DNA of 59,532 nucleotides, from positions 1 through 59,532 of the IMG/VR virus record IMGVR_UViG_3300030098_005108. One strand, given 5' to 3'. This document shows positions 9,401-18,581 of this stretch, piece after piece. The DNA is from a virus (taxonomy: Duplodnaviria > Caudoviricetes). The notes under the pieces were generated by a model. It made no database searches and was not told the origin of the DNA. It saw only the letters and a list, made by a program, of their open reading frames with translations. The first letter of the stretch is position 1; each line of letters opens with the position of its first letter. The translations under genes and the position numbers were made by a program.

Positions 9401-12400
9401 TAAAATGAATCTACTGAAGGCAGATGGCTCTGAGGGAGAATATAATGACCTTAGGGCTCGTAATGAAATTAGTGGAACCGTTTTTACTTTAGATTCTCCT
9501 GATAGCGCATTTGGAATTAGACCTTATACTTATAGAGAAGGGGACATGCTAAGAATAGATGATATTTTAAAATTAACTGACGAGTTTAGATATAGAAACG
9601 ATCCAGGCGGAACAAACCCTAATCATTATTATACTAATTGTAGAGACAACGACAAGGCCTCTAGCGGGTGGTCGCACAATGATTGGGTCGGATTAAGTGG
9701 GAGCGAAGAATGGAAGCCAAAAGATACACAGCATCCTTTAGATATCTGTATGTCCTTTGCCACAAGAAAGGATATAGATAAAGATTATAGTGTTCTTATA
9801 GGAAAATATTATTCATATGATCCGTACTTTGCTATAGGAATGGAAACAGATGGAGGAGCATTTATTGGTCCAAACAAAGGAAGAGATGGCAATACTAGGC
9901 CTAAAAATAATTACGGATGGCAATTACCAATATCTAATTCTAAAGAAATATCAGACGGAGAAGTAATTCCAAATGCTTTTTTTAAAATATCTAAAAGAGT
10001 TAAAGAAGGTCGTGTTTCTGGATTTTCTAATAATACTTTGGGGTTTGTAGGAAAAACTCAATTTGCGGGTAATTCAAATACACCAAAAACCTGGTACAAT
10101 ACTTATGCTGCTGTATTTGAGTCTCTTCCTAATAAAAAAGGAAAGTCAGCAACTGATGGACAGCGATCAGAGGTAGCAGAAGAAGATTATACTTACGACA
10201 CAGTATCTACTTTACAGATGGGGTTAAGAAGTATTTTAATTGAGATTGACAATAGATGTTCTGAAGTTAGAAAAAAAGGCCCCAATCCTGAAGATACCTT
10301 TTTTGAGATTAGACCCGAAAGATCATACACCTCTTGGTTTGCACCTATGAATGTTTCTGCTTTATATGAGCATGGTCATTGGCTTGGGAAAATGCCTGAT
10401 AATACTCATTCTACATCAAGTCCAAATTCATGGAACCAACTTCCTTATGTATCAAGCTGGCTTTCCTCAAAAGGCACTTTAACTAATCAGTCAATAGGAA
10501 CTGAAGAGCATGATGGGGATGGGGATCATACAACATATCAAAAAGGTAAAGATCTAGTTCCTTTTAAGTATTTATGCTCTATTGTTAGAAATATAACCCC
10601 TTATGGCGGTTACAACAAAGGATCTATAGAAAAAACAAGATATATACCATGTGGAAACTTTCATCCTGTAGGAGATTCTACTGGAAGTAGACAAGGGCAT
10701 ATTTCGCAAGTATTCGGGGGAGATACATTTGTTAACTTATATTCTCATCAAAAAACATCAGCCCCTTATATGAAAAAATCTGCTATTAGATATCAGTTGT
10801 TTCCTGTAGAGTCTTATGTGAATACAGATATGAGAAGCGGATTAACTTTAAATGCTGGAGATACTGTAATAGGAAAAGATATGAATACAGAGCCATATAG
10901 TAATGACTGGCTGTACAATAGCATTTATTCTCAAGAAAACAATATAAAGTCTGCATTAATGGTAAATGAAGATACTTTTGACGAAAGTTTAAATTTACCT
11001 TATGAAATTGCCTATTCTAATACAAAAATATTAGGACAAAAATCAGATGCTTTTAGACAGTTTCCTATTAATCAATTCCACGATATGGAAGGATTGTATG
11101 GAGAGATTAATAGAATTGTAAACTTTAAAAATGAAATATATGTATTGCAGGATTCTGCTTTTGCAAAATTACTTGTAAATCCATTATCTATGTTGAGTGA
11201 TGATGCTGGTACATCACTATTTACTGGTACTGGAGAAACTGTAGAAAATCATATTTATATATCAACTAAGTATGGGTCAAGACATAGATTCAGTGTGGCA
11301 ATGAGCGAAAAGTCTCTGTATTTTGTTGATAGTAATTTTGGTAGATTGTTTAAATATGATACAGAAAAGCTTATATCACTTGGAGATGCTTTAGGCCAAA
11401 GAAATTATTTGAAATATATAATAAAAGAATGGGAACAAAGAGCATATAGAGAATGTCCTTCTTCTAGCGGTGGTGGCGCTAGCGCTTTAGGTAATCATGA
11501 TAGCGCTCCAATAGCTCACGGAACTAATTACGGAAGATTAGATAGTTTAGAAAAACCAACTGGTAGTAGAAATTATTTTTCTGATAACCCATTAAACTTT
11601 TTAGGAATAACATCTATATACGATTATAAAAATAAAGAATTATTAATTACATTTCATAATTCTGCGTGGGGCAATAAAGACGACAAAAGACAAACCTTTG
11701 CAAGAACAGAAGATAATCATTCAATGGGCAGCACGACTAATGGAGAGCCCGTAGGTATTTCAGAAACATTAGTTTATAGTGAAGCAATTAATGCCTTTAC
11801 TTCTAAATATAGTGTTGCTCCTCCGCAATGGTTAGCTGGAGGGCAGGGCTCATTTATACTTTCTCCAGAGAACGAAATAAATGTAAATTCTATAGCTAAT
11901 TTTAATGGCAAAACAGGTTTGTTTAGCACTTATAGCTACCTTCCTTATAATATTTGGGGTAGTTATGATGGTGATTTTTATAGAAACAGAAGATGTAATC
12001 CATTAAGATTATGGATATGGGATAAGCATAAAGAAAAAAAGAAAACACATTTCTTTGGTAAAAAAGATGATATTATTGAGCCGCAAACCACAATATCTTC
12101 TGTGGGTCAAACAATAGGTGGAGATCCAGTTGAGCCAAACATAAAAGCAGATATAGTAAAATACCGTGGAACAAAAGATGTTGCTGATGAAAGTTATATT
12201 GTAAAGGTTATTAATTCTGAAGCGGCTAACAGCAAGGTCTTTGATAATGCTAAAATTGTAATGACCCCTAAACATGTAGATTTTAGTTTCATAGATTACA
12301 CTACAGATATTTCACACGATACAATTAAAACTAAATCTATTATACCAGATCAAGACCGTATTTATAGATCTGATTTATTAGACGAAACAGAACAGCTTGT

Positions 12401-13352
12401 GATTAATAGAAGATGGGATTTTGACGGCACTATGCATAGTTGGTATTTTGTTGATGGTAGTTCAAGTTCATATCCAACCCCTATATTAAATACAGGTTTA
12501 GAAGAAGTAGTTACATCTGTACAGCATAATTTTGGATCAGGGGTTGATGGTAAATATTTCTTTTTTAATGAAACTAATATGTCAAATTTACTTGGTAATA
12601 CAACCTGGCATAATACTGTGGTAAATATGATACAAATTCGTAATGGGGTTGAAATATGGTCAGGAGATGTAAGATTATGGGATTCAACTCATGCTAATTC
12701 TGTGCCAACATCAGGCACTGGTAATTCTCATGGTAGAAGAGAGGGCGGCTCTGCTTCTGGGCAATGGCAGGTAGGCGATATTGTTAGAACATCTATGTCT
12801 GGTTCAACCATAACTTTAGAATATGCAGGAGACGGCAAATTTAGAAGTCCTAAAAAAGGAGAACAAATTAATCTACCTGGTAAGTTTAATAATATAATTA
12901 GAATGAGAGTTAAAAGAACTCTTGATGGAGGTGGCTGGGAAGGGAAAATATTCTGGAGGGGTTATGATCCTATAAGAAAAGCAAATGGTGATTGGGTAAG
13001 ACTAGGGGAAAATCAAAGTAGAAGTCAACAAGTATCTGAACCAGAAGGAATAGATAATGATTTTGTAATTATAGAATGGGACATGAGTCCTACTACAGAC
13101 TGGAATGATTGTATAATAGAACAGATTAGAATAGATTTGTCTGAGAGCACCTCTACATTTGAAATTGATTGGATAGAAATAGGAGGTTTAAAAGCAGACA
13201 AATATATAGACGGAGTACTAAGAGTTCCGTTAAGAACAGAGAAAAGTAGACGTAGAACAAGAGGAACGTACGCAAAAATAAAATATAGTGCAAAAACCAC
13301 AGAAAAATTTAATATCTTTGCAATACTTGCAAAGTATAGAAAAACATACTAA
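6423..13352 (+). CDS. Muzzle / tail stabilisation protein (P22 gp10-like), 2309 aa
   Basis: F--GM-SD-DP...Y-DA-NIR start; IYWTD--NP-R-LNI, RGE-YRFG, FGGDTF, YGS-H-FS and R-RG-Y C-terminal motifs typical of crAss Tstab/muzzle. Confidence 0.8.
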   Translation: MAKKNKGKQTPPPQQGISKPESFTHGMVSDLDPHFQLSGSYSDAQNIRLTNSEGDTFTVENIEGNSLFVDLASYPISSLPDQGAATNYPTFRDRGPDAGNISANPRLDNRSSIVGHVSYANQLLLMIVARSEYDRNFKLSSSDVLDILEKDRTIFLMVDFDHEFKIKKVTDLRVCYNTSGYQYPDLNMDLDTPVRIENIVENDSISRIYWTDNKNPLRTLNIKQPELHRLEVSSLNITPLMSPSQAVLSATLSGSLPVGVYQYTYKYISENGGESTFGPLSNMYHVSDQSFGSSTSYAGGPKGNLGTQGFQIDVKDIDDRFSHVELYSLFYDERNSPPRVSVVSRNQVAGATSTFQHISWNNEVENGLEEVLIESNTFDVCKDIAIKDNILFAANLRQKRNFISEKEWNVKVLRWRIREASGGLLDAMLTTSDPEIKHYQLDANNDPVPINSGAYDYDTKDDNDHRCGYGEVLGDPNGMFPAIAPREFLNWDGNLNVPLWTTAISNQRTANGGSSTYSTHWTYKYLSDRMTVGAESFNYVTNGLGGCRVSFGVEEKIADISQNAWNSPFVSSTSKGEELITEFYTTNDTGPYNVSGSEAQPSGNTTFKTSMSLGGSKDPHLSGNTRGYQRGEIYRFGVQIYDLNGAPGNVLWIGDIETPHQYDVMRMINIKNKSHYDSNYRYTPFRPTHYTSGSVQSLTETTNILSHHKISDHRLSFVYGHTVPPVDVEWFSGRLSSTYKNLDAYVRDNGSQRTFLPNNGSDRTQTLDGAKGLARAVPGYTNSNGESNGGPSVGPHDDTHYLFDLYVSFEFIIPDEVCKKISGFRVVRSERTEEDRRIIQQGLLNQTAQYGHAKLGQKYGYSTARFSQKDNEAFGDDPVFVNEWNDGESSSDPDPTLPEQPEYNVYLNGYLGLAENSYMAFWNDGVSNGKVTTGGSSDSDGKVFWWPEREDKKKHLTGGAGYPRGIGPNAGSYGGPGTYGEHFRHCGYFGSYDKMNLLKADGSEGEYNDLRARNEISGTVFTLDSPDSAFGIRPYTYREGDMLRIDDILKLTDEFRYRNDPGGTNPNHYYTNCRDNDKASSGWSHNDWVGLSGSEEWKPKDTQHPLDICMSFATRKDIDKDYSVLIGKYYSYDPYFAIGMETDGGAFIGPNKGRDGNTRPKNNYGWQLPISNSKEISDGEVIPNAFFKISKRVKEGRVSGFSNNTLGFVGKTQFAGNSNTPKTWYNTYAAVFESLPNKKGKSATDGQRSEVAEEDYTYDTVSTLQMGLRSILIEIDNRCSEVRKKGPNPEDTFFEIRPERSYTSWFAPMNVSALYEHGHWLGKMPDNTHSTSSPNSWNQLPYVSSWLSSKGTLTNQSIGTEEHDGDGDHTTYQKGKDLVPFKYLCSIVRNITPYGGYNKGSIEKTRYIPCGNFHPVGDSTGSRQGHISQVFGGDTFVNLYSHQKTSAPYMKKSAIRYQLFPVESYVNTDMRSGLTLNAGDTVIGKDMNTEPYSNDWLYNSIYSQENNIKSALMVNEDTFDESLNLPYEIAYSNTKILGQKSDAFRQFPINQFHDMEGLYGEINRIVNFKNEIYVLQDSAFAKLLVNPLSMLSDDAGTSLFTGTGETVENHIYISTKYGSRHRFSVAMSEKSLYFVDSNFGRLFKYDTEKLISLGDALGQRNYLKYIIKEWEQRAYRECPSSSGGGASALGNHDSAPIAHGTNYGRLDSLEKPTGSRNYFSDNPLNFLGITSIYDYKNKELLITFHNSAWGNKDDKRQTFARTEDNHSMGSTTNGEPVGISETLVYSEAINAFTSKYSVAPPQWLAGGQGSFILSPENEINVNSIANFNGKTGLFSTYSYLPYNIWGSYDGDFYRNRRCNPLRLWIWDKHKEKKKTHFFGKKDDIIEPQTTISSVGQTIGGDPVEPNIKADIVKYRGTKDVADESYIVKVINSEAANSKVFDNAKIVMTPKHVDFSFIDYTTDISHDTIKTKSIIPDQDRIYRSDLLDETEQLVINRRWDFDGTMHSWYFVDGSSSSYPTPILNTGLEEVVTSVQHNFGSGVDGKYFFFNETNMSNLLGNTTWHNTVVNMIQIRNGVEIWSGDVRLWDSTHANSVPTSGTGNSHGRREGGSASGQWQVGDIVRTSMSGSTITLEYAGDGKFRSPKKGEQINLPGKFNNIIRMRVKRTLDGGGWEGKIFWRGYDPIRKANGDWVRLGENQSRSQQVSEPEGIDNDFVIIEWDMSPTTDWNDCIIEQIRIDLSESTSTFEIDWIEIGGLKADKYIDGVLRVPLRTEKSRRRTRGTYAKIKYSAKTTEKFNIFAILAKYRKTY

Positions 13353-13362
13353 TAAATAGACT

Positions 13363-14562
13363 ATGAGTTATTCAGACATAATAGGAGCTACAAGATTATA
13401 TGGTGATTTATTAAATACTAATTTTGCTAATACTGCTAATAATTTAAGCAATGTTAAAATGGATTACGCTCCTGTTAATCCTTATTCATCTGGGGCTTAT
13501 ACACCAAGATCATCTAGAAATATTTATACAGGAGAAGGACGAGTTACACCAAATCCTGTTGCTGAAGCTAGTAATTTAGGTCTTAGTAAAATTGAAAAAG
13601 CAGGTCTTGGAGTAACACAAGGATTACAATATGCTGGTATAGCAAAATCATTATCTCCATATTTACAAAAAGCAGGAACAAGTTTAGGGGCTAAAGGAAC
13701 AATGGGTAGTTTAGCTCCTGCCGCTTTATTATATGGTGCAACAAGAAATCAAAATCCTTATGATTGGACAAGAGGAGAAAGTCTAGGAACTATCGGAAGC
13801 ACAATGTTGGCGGCTAAATCATTAGCTCCAATGCTTGGGTTAACTGCTGCTGCCGCTCCCGCTACTGTTGCTGCCGCACCTTTGTTAACACCTTTAACTA
13901 GTAGTATTGGCGCTGGTTCTGGCGCAAGTATATTAGGAATGCATCCAGGTCTTGCTTTAGGGGCTCTACTTTTAGGAGGAATGTTTTCTAAAAAAGGTAA
14001 GAAAGCTGCTAAAAAAAGAAGAATGGAGGTTAAGAAAAATATTGAAGAGCATCAGGAAGGAATTTATACCGATAGAGAAGCAGCCGTAAGAGAAGGCAGA
14101 GAAGATATGCAGTCTGCATTAACAAAACAAATGTACGACCAAAGACAGGGCAGATATGATAATCAGTATGGAGGGAATTATAGAGGATATAGTATGGATG
14201 AAGGCGGTAAGATGGATATAGTTGCTGAATTTACAGGAAACGAATTAATTGTAAATGATCAGAATATGGTAGAGCAAGGACTAGCTAGCGGAAATTATGC
14301 AATGGCTGCCACCCCTATTAGAAAAGCAATGAAGAATAAACAATTAACCCCAGGGCCTGAAACACATCAAGGCAATCCAATGCCTGTAGACTCTGAGGGC
14401 AATATATACGCGGGTGGAGGCGCGTTACCCTTTAAGGCTAATAAAGGTGCTGGTATATATGATCATGCTACAGATCAGTTTAAGTCAAATATGACTGATA
14501 AAGAAATAGCAATGGTTGCTAAAAAGAATATAAAAAAGTGGGAATCTAACGGAATGGCATAA
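13363..14562 (+). CDS. Ejected cargo protein with hydrophobic, membrane-inserting segments
   Basis: Gly/Ala-rich hydrophobic helices followed by a basic coiled coil; AEFTGNE...GP-THQG motif resembles crAss cargo proteins; follows muzzle. Confidence 0.6.
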   Translation: MSYSDIIGATRLYGDLLNTNFANTANNLSNVKMDYAPVNPYSSGAYTPRSSRNIYTGEGRVTPNPVAEASNLGLSKIEKAGLGVTQGLQYAGIAKSLSPYLQKAGTSLGAKGTMGSLAPAALLYGATRNQNPYDWTRGESLGTIGSTMLAAKSLAPMLGLTAAAAPATVAAAPLLTPLTSSIGAGSGASILGMHPGLALGALLLGGMFSKKGKKAAKKRRMEVKKNIEEHQEGIYTDREAAVREGREDMQSALTKQMYDQRQGRYDNQYGGNYRGYSMDEGGKMDIVAEFTGNELIVNDQNMVEQGLASGNYAMAATPIRKAMKNKQLTPGPETHQGNPMPVDSEGNIYAGGGALPFKANKGAGIYDHATDQFKSNMTDKEIAMVAKKNIKKWESNGMA

Positions 14563-16520
14563 TGGCACTACCAGGAAAAAATAAAATATCTATAAAAGAG
14601 GTTTATAATTATTTAATGACTAAACCTAAAATGACCAAGAATAAAGCCTTGGGAATTATTGCTAATATACAATCTGAATCACTTTTTTATTCCGATGCTG
14701 TTCAAATGGGAGACATGAAAGATGAAAATAGGGGTATAGGTCTTTTTCAACACACGTATAAAACAAGAAAAAAGGCGTTTTTAGAATCCGTGCCAGATTG
14801 GAAAACAAACTGGAAGGGGCAAATAGATTTTGCATTAGCAGAACAAGAAGCTCAAAATTATCTTAATAGTAGTTATAAAGATGAAGGTGCTGCTACTAAA
14901 GCTTTTATGAAAGAATTTGAAAGACCCAAAGATCAATCTTCAGAAGCAATACAAAAAAGAATAAATAATTTAAATATAATTAGTTTTGATGATGAGGAAA
15001 ATATTATAGTTTCTCAAAAAGCTAAAACTGATGAAGAAATAGAACAAGAAAAAGAACAAAAGGGGTATTATCCTCTTTCTGGAGAAGAGTCAATAGAAGA
15101 GTCAACATTAATACCTGAGATTAAAATAGAAGGAGAATCTAAAAGCACAAGTAAAAAGAAATATAGAAAAGATATTTTAGACAGAATATCTGGTAGAGAT
15201 GAATACTTAAAATACTTAGAAGACAATCAAGACGCTTTTAAAGAATTAAATAGTATAGAGAAAAATTTAAAGTCTTTTAGTAAAGGAACAAGAGAATATA
15301 ACGATCTTATTAATAGAAAGGCCGTACTAGAAAAAGAGCTTAATAAAAAAGAAAATGCACTTAAAGAAGATTTATATAAAAAAGAGTTAAATAATTATGT
15401 AAATAGAGAAAATAATGCAAGGGCTCAACTATCTAAATTGCAGAATGAAGCTAAGGCGTATGTAAATGCTGGAGAAGACGTGCCAGCAGATATAACAAGG
15501 GAAATAGAAGCGTCTAGAAAAGACATACTAGAGTCAGGCAATAGAGTAAAATTATTAACAAAACAAGGCTGGAGAGACTATGATATTAGCCCAGTACAAC
15601 AAGGGTATAATCAAAACATTTTACTTCCTGATGGCTCTATTGACATAGAGAAAAGTAAAACTACACCTGTTTTGCCTGACCCTTTGGGTGATGACAAGGG
15701 TGATGATATTGTTTATAATGTGGTTGACGAAAAGACCGATCAATCACAGATAGTAGAAACTCCAGCAGCGGAAGACACCACTGTTGCTGAAACAACTACA
15801 GAAGATCCTGTTACCACAGAAGATCCTGTTGCTACAGAAGAAGCGCCCTCTTTAACAAGGGCTCAAAAATTTGGACAAGCTGGAAGCGCTTTACTAAAAG
15901 GAGCTGGTGCCGTTTTAGATTCTATTGGTGGCCCTGGAGCTATTATCTCGTATATAATGGGTAAGAAAGGCTTAAAAGCCGCTATGAAAGAAATTCAACC
16001 TCAAGCCAGTGCTGAATTATCTCCAGCGTTTATGCAGCATTTAAGACAAACTAGAGAGTTAGCTAAAAAAGGATTTCATCCAGATCAAGCTAAAAAATTT
16101 AGAAAAGAATTAGATAAGTCTTATCAAATAGGATTAGAGAATGCAGTTAGAGGTTCTGGAGGTCAGAGAGCTAAATTCTTAGCGCAATCAGGCGTATTAG
16201 ACGCACAGCGCTCTTCCGCACTATTAGATTATGCAGCAAGAGATGAAGAGTTACAAGCCAAGAATCAAGAGAAATATGAAAAGATGATGCTCTTTAAAGA
16301 AAACTTTGACATACAGAGAACAGAAAAAGAAAGAGCTGAAGATATGGAAAGACAGATTGCTGACAAGAAAGCAGCAGCTGGATTTACATCAGCAGCATTT
16401 ACAAATTTATTATCAGGGTTTGGTAGAAGCTCTTTAGTTCCTAATCCAGCGCCTGGAACAACACAATTATATGATAGTATATCAAACTGGGGAAAAACAG
16501 AACAAACAACACAAGAATAA
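14562..16520 (+). CDS. Ejected cargo protein with N-terminal phage tail lysozyme domain
   Basis: ALGIIANIQSES...GIGLFQHT..RK...QIDFAL-E...AATKAFMKEFERP matches the phage tail lysozyme family; coiled-coil remainder. Confidence 0.8.
   Translation: MALPGKNKISIKEVYNYLMTKPKMTKNKALGIIANIQSESLFYSDAVQMGDMKDENRGIGLFQHTYKTRKKAFLESVPDWKTNWKGQIDFALAEQEAQNYLNSSYKDEGAATKAFMKEFERPKDQSSEAIQKRINNLNIISFDDEENIIVSQKAKTDEEIEQEKEQKGYYPLSGEESIEESTLIPEIKIEGESKSTSKKKYRKDILDRISGRDEYLKYLEDNQDAFKELNSIEKNLKSFSKGTREYNDLINRKAVLEKELNKKENALKEDLYKKELNNYVNRENNARAQLSKLQNEAKAYVNAGEDVPADITREIEASRKDILESGNRVKLLTKQGWRDYDISPVQQGYNQNILLPDGSIDIEKSKTTPVLPDPLGDDKGDDIVYNVVDEKTDQSQIVETPAAEDTTVAETTTEDPVTTEDPVATEEAPSLTRAQKFGQAGSALLKGAGAVLDSIGGPGAIISYIMGKKGLKAAMKEIQPQASAELSPAFMQHLRQTRELAKKGFHPDQAKKFRKELDKSYQIGLENAVRGSGGQRAKFLAQSGVLDAQRSSALLDYAARDEELQAKNQEKYEKMMLFKENFDIQRTEKERAEDMERQIADKKAAAGFTSAAFTNLLSGFGRSSLVPNPAPGTTQLYDSISNWGKTEQTTQE
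15798..15830 (+). repeat. In-frame 18-bp-period direct repeat (TEDPV x2)
   Basis: ACAGAAGATCCTGTT at 15798 and 15816 in an acidic linker. Confidence 0.8.
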
Positions 16521-16523
16521 AAT

Positions 16524-18581
16524 ATGGCAGTAGACTACGGATTTTTTGAAGCGTTAACAGGGCCTATGCAAGCCGCAGGGCAGATACAAGCACAGCGCGA
16601 CCAAAGAAAAATGCAAGAGTTTCAAATGATGCAACAGCAGCGTCAAATGGAGCTTCAGCAATTAGAAAAACAAAAAGGGATACAAGACATGCTTGCTAGA
16701 TCACAAGAGGCAGCTAAGATGGACTTGTATACTAAAAACAATTTTCATAGACAAAAAGATATAGATGATTTTAGAAACTGGCATAATACTATGTCAGGAT
16801 GGGGAGACATACAAGAGGTGTTAAGACAACACGGATCTGTAGATAATGCAAGACTATATGGTAATTTAGATTATTTACTAGAAGAGTATAAAGCCAAGTT
16901 AAAAGATAATCCTGTATCAAGAAGAGTTAATAAAAATAAGGCAAGTTTAGAGTTGTATCATTCTTATGCTTTAGATAAAGACGGAAACGATAAATTTTTA
17001 ACTGAAGGAAGTAAAGAGAGATATAGACAATACAAAAAAGGAACAACAGATAATTTTATATTTTACGGAGGTAGACGAGATTATTTAAATGAATCAAAAA
17101 AACCTCGTAACACATCAGATGCTATAGATTTAGATGATGTATTGTATGATAATTATCATGCAGTATATGCTGATATGATAAATGATGCAAATGCAGAGCC
17201 TGGAACGCAATATACAGACGATCAAATGAAGGCATGGCTTGCGGGAGAGCTCAAGGTAACATCATCAGGAGGTACAGATTATTTTAATGGCCAGGCTATG
17301 TTTGGGGAAAAAGAAATTGACACTAACTTTGGTAGTGAGTTAAAAAGAATGACTAAAGAAACTAATAAAACTGGTATAGTTACTGGAAAACAATTCTTTG
17401 ATAATTTAAATTTAAAAGACGGAGAAACATTCCATAAATTATTTAATAAAACTGGTCTAGATAAAGCATGGAATAGATTTGGTGGTTATGACGGAACAAA
17501 ACAAACAAAAAGCTACGTAGGTACTAAAGCTATTTTCGGAAAAGGTAGGCAGGTTGCTTCAGGAGGGCAGGTGCTAATTGATAAAAATATAGAAGATAAA
17601 ATATCAGAAGTTTTATTTGGTAAATATCAAGATTCTGATATACCTAAATATGTATCTAAAAAACGTAAAATATATGATGTTGGAATGGTGGGTGTTTACG
17701 ATTCAAGAGGACACAAAATAACCTCTCAGGATACATCAGATATTATGCCAGGAGAGACAGGATTTGAAGATTGGGTAGGAGAAGATGAAAAGATGGACCT
17801 TAAGCTTAATGGATATTTTGTTGCTTTAAGGGGTTCGGGCGCAGACGGAAAATCTATTTTACTCACTGACGTTACAAACAAAGAAGATAGAGCAAAATTA
17901 GCAAAAGAATATAAAGACGTGGCGTTTCAGCCTGTTATTGTAGCAGAAATGGAAGACTTTGATTTATTGTCACATAATGATGTTTATTATAAAGAACTAG
18001 ACTTAGGAGATGCTAATGTATTGATGGCCTTAAACGAACAAATAAATCCAGAAAAATTAAACGAAGTGTTAGGGCAGTCGGCTACATATGAGGAGGAAAT
18101 GGCAAGAAATAAAATGATTGCCAAAAGACAAATGGCTTCTAACGCTAAATTACAAAGGCAGTTAAACCTACCAAATCCTGAGTCTGTTGAAGAGATAGTG
18201 TCTGGTTACGATCAAAGTTTAACAGTTGGGTTAGGATTATCTAGAGTTCCTGCAGTTAAAATTCAGCAAGCAGTTCCTATGATAATGTCAGATTTATATG
18301 TAGATTCGCAACAAAAAAGAAATTATCCATATGATTTTAATCCACAAGAAAAAGATCCTGCTAAAAAAATGATAGCGCAAACCCCAGGACAATATATGGC
18401 TTATAGCGCTAAAATGCTACAAGAAGGATTGATTAGCGGTAATCCCGCATATGAGGCTATGTTATCAGCAATAAAAACAGGGACATATGATGAATATAGT
18501 CAAAAGTTATATGATGAAAAATCTTATACTAATAGCAGAAAAATTACAAAAGGCATAATACAATATCAAAGAGGAAGATAA
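16524..18581 (+). CDS. Putative ejected cargo protein
   Basis: 685 aa with Gln-rich N-terminal coiled coil; lies between lysozyme cargo and RNAP polyprotein; TAATG-coupled to the next gene. Confidence 0.55.
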   Translation: MAVDYGFFEALTGPMQAAGQIQAQRDQRKMQEFQMMQQQRQMELQQLEKQKGIQDMLARSQEAAKMDLYTKNNFHRQKDIDDFRNWHNTMSGWGDIQEVLRQHGSVDNARLYGNLDYLLEEYKAKLKDNPVSRRVNKNKASLELYHSYALDKDGNDKFLTEGSKERYRQYKKGTTDNFIFYGGRRDYLNESKKPRNTSDAIDLDDVLYDNYHAVYADMINDANAEPGTQYTDDQMKAWLAGELKVTSSGGTDYFNGQAMFGEKEIDTNFGSELKRMTKETNKTGIVTGKQFFDNLNLKDGETFHKLFNKTGLDKAWNRFGGYDGTKQTKSYVGTKAIFGKGRQVASGGQVLIDKNIEDKISEVLFGKYQDSDIPKYVSKKRKIYDVGMVGVYDSRGHKITSQDTSDIMPGETGFEDWVGEDEKMDLKLNGYFVALRGSGADGKSILLTDVTNKEDRAKLAKEYKDVAFQPVIVAEMEDFDLLSHNDVYYKELDLGDANVLMALNEQINPEKLNEVLGQSATYEEEMARNKMIAKRQMASNAKLQRQLNLPNPESVEEIVSGYDQSLTVGLGLSRVPAVKIQQAVPMIMSDLYVDSQQKRNYPYDFNPQEKDPAKKMIAQTPGQYMAYSAKMLQEGLISGNPAYEAMLSAIKTGTYDEYSQKLYDEKSYTNSRKITKGIIQYQRGR

